Below are positions 62,176-64,000 of a DNA stretch of 64,000 nt, piece by piece. The position numbers and the translations under genes were made by a program. Source of the DNA: Hemiscyllium ocellatum (taxonomy: Eukaryota); NCBI RefSeq assembly GCF_020745735.1, contig NC_083418.1, positions 1,116,001-1,180,000 of the forward strand. Reading direction: 5' to 3'. The notes under the pieces are model-generated. The model was not told the DNA's origin and ran no database searches. It worked only from the letters and a program-made list of their open reading frames with translations. The first letter of the stretch is position 1; each line of letters begins with the position of its first letter.

Positions 62176-63289
62176 CGTCTCAGCATCAGAATCTCCGTTC
62201 AGGACCATTACTCAAAGACAGTCGAATAGGATTTATAAATTATTGGTCGAGTGGGCAAATGGAAAGACAGCTCAGGCTTCTTTATTCTAGTCTGTTATTG
62301 ATATGATTCTTACAGCGTTTATTCTCCTGCTCAGTTCTCTTTCTCCGAATGCTTCCATTGATTCCTTTAGAAACACAAAGAGCTTAGTTTCAACAAACGT
62401 TCCTGAATTCGCAGTTTAATATCACACCATTCAAGAACTTTTGCAGTATAAGTGAATTGGTTATCGTTCGGTTGACAAGTATTGACTGCACAGATCAATG
62501 AGACCAGTCCTCAGATGTGTGCTATAGACAAGGCCAGTCCAATCAAAACATTCTAAAGCGGTCAGCCAGACCGTAACTTTGCCAATTGCTTCAGTGAGTA
62601 TACAGTGAAAATTACCCAGAGTAAGTTAGCTGTGTTGACTGCCAAGTTTGATGACAAACAACACGTTATTCAAAAAATTACGGAATGAAACAGAAATAAT
62701 AGAGCATGAAATACCCACAGAATTCAGACTACCCCAAACTACACTTCATTAAGCTGTTCCGAATGTGCCCAGCATTCCCCATCAACGAGCACCCTTAACC
62801 ACGGTGTAACAATTATGCCCGTCGTAGCTGGAATGGCAGAAAAATTTCCACATGGCCCACTGCTGACCTCACTCAACCAGGATTTCAGCTTCAAGGCTGA
62901 CCACTCCCCTTATAGTAAATGTCACGTATAAAGTATAAACTTTGGCCTAAAGTCTCATCTGTTTACGTACAAATAAAAATACCTGCCAATACCCTTACAT
63001 CACAGAATCAAGGAAGTCGTTTCGCTGCCCAAAGAGCTTTCGATGTCTGTTTAAAAAATGGAGGGCACACTCCTTCAGAATGAAAAAAAACAAGCACTAG
63101 TTTTATGACACTTCGACCTTAAAACAAAGAACCATCATATTCAAAAATTGTTTCATGTTTAAAACTCCTTAGAAATCTGGTTAGTATGCTAAAACACACA
63201 TATACACTACGTTGACGATATACATGCAAATATTCCCAACGACATGAAATTTCTGGCAGTAGCACAACGGCAGTGGCATGAATCTCGAC

Positions 63290-64000
63290 AATGCATTTGC
63301 AGTCACGTTTTCGTGAACTTCAACAAGCATACTTGTGAAATTTAATGACTGAAACAACAAGCTCCATCTAAACATTCTGGGTTTTTTTGTCCTTAAGTCT
63401 CTACACAGATGTCAATGGGTTATGGTCAGTGTTTAGGATCGTCTCAGATGCCTTGCTGGTAAATTAACCTCTACAATTTGTAATGCCAACATCAAGCTAA
63501 AAGGTTCTTTCTCTACTGTCGATTATTTCTGTTGATGAACGTTGAACTTTCAGGAAAAGTACCTGGTGGTCTTTCTATCGCCGTGTTCTCTTCCTGCAGG
63601 AGGACGGCACGGACACCCACATCGCTGGCAACGATAGCTACCGTGAAAAGCTTCACACAATCAGGTGTAGCTAACACTGCAGCAGTGTCTAACACAGATT
63701 TTTTAGGCTGTCTAATGATTTTTAGCAGTCTGCTGTTCACTGTAACTGCTTGACAGTTTTTAATAGTTCAGTGAGTAGAGCAGCAACTCTGCTAACATTC
63801 GGCAAAAACGTTTCGTTAAATCCATTCACTCCCAGGAACCGTAGTACTGCTCTTTTCATCGAGAGTGTTGGAAAATTCCTCAATTACTTTCGTTTTCGCA
63901 TTCCGTGGGGCAATTTTTCAGTGCCCAATAACATGCCCCAAACAGTGAATTAGGCTTTGGCAAATTATCTTTTATCTCCGCTAACCACCAAGCTTGCCTT
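63290..64000 (-). mobile_element. Gypsy/Ty3 LTR-retrotransposon pol fragment (RT end plus RNase H), degenerate, runs off the window
   Basis: VLATPDCVKLFTVAIVASDVGVRAVLLQEENTAIERPPG (DASDVGVGAVLLQ..ERP) and LLFQSLN...ENVTANALSRF (N..ADALSR). Confidence 0.85.

Noticed and set aside
63224-63231. Octamer ATGCAAAT as the promoter of a minus-strand IgL V gene
   Set aside because: No leader, V exon or RSS downstream on that strand; it lies next to Gypsy debris.

Overview
Repeat-rich vertebrate genomic DNA, most likely from a shark or other elasmobranch (inferred from HE1/V-SINE copies, CR1 LINEs with (CTATGTT)n tails and a nurse-shark-like Ig kappa constant exon). Protein-coding content: (i) one apparently intact two-exon class A GPCR of the GPR139/GPR142-like group (59703-59772 + 61150-62045, 321 aa, TATA box upstream; the supplied 325-aa ORF has the wrong N-terminus); (ii) a divergent pseudogene paralog at 3401-4307; (iii) an orphan, degenerate Ig light-chain (kappa-type) constant exon at 55743-56070 on the minus strand, with no V or J found in the window. 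An ~11.4-kb strand-asymmetric G/A-rich tract (5140-16490) produces most of the long spurious ORFs. From 20 to 50 kb lies a decayed tRNA gene cluster of about 11 remnants (Trp, Thr x3, Glu x3, His, Arg x2, Val). Part of it sits in a ~3.5-kb unit present in three diverged copies plus a partial fourth, in both orientations. A shared tRNA-Thr deletion, a private deletion and copy-specific CR1 and Penelope insertions with target-site duplications allow the copies' history to be ordered. The remainder is CR1, Penelope-like, SINE, foldback and Gypsy debris. All family assignments come from recalled consensus motifs and by-eye alignment; no searches were run, and repeat boundaries are approximate.
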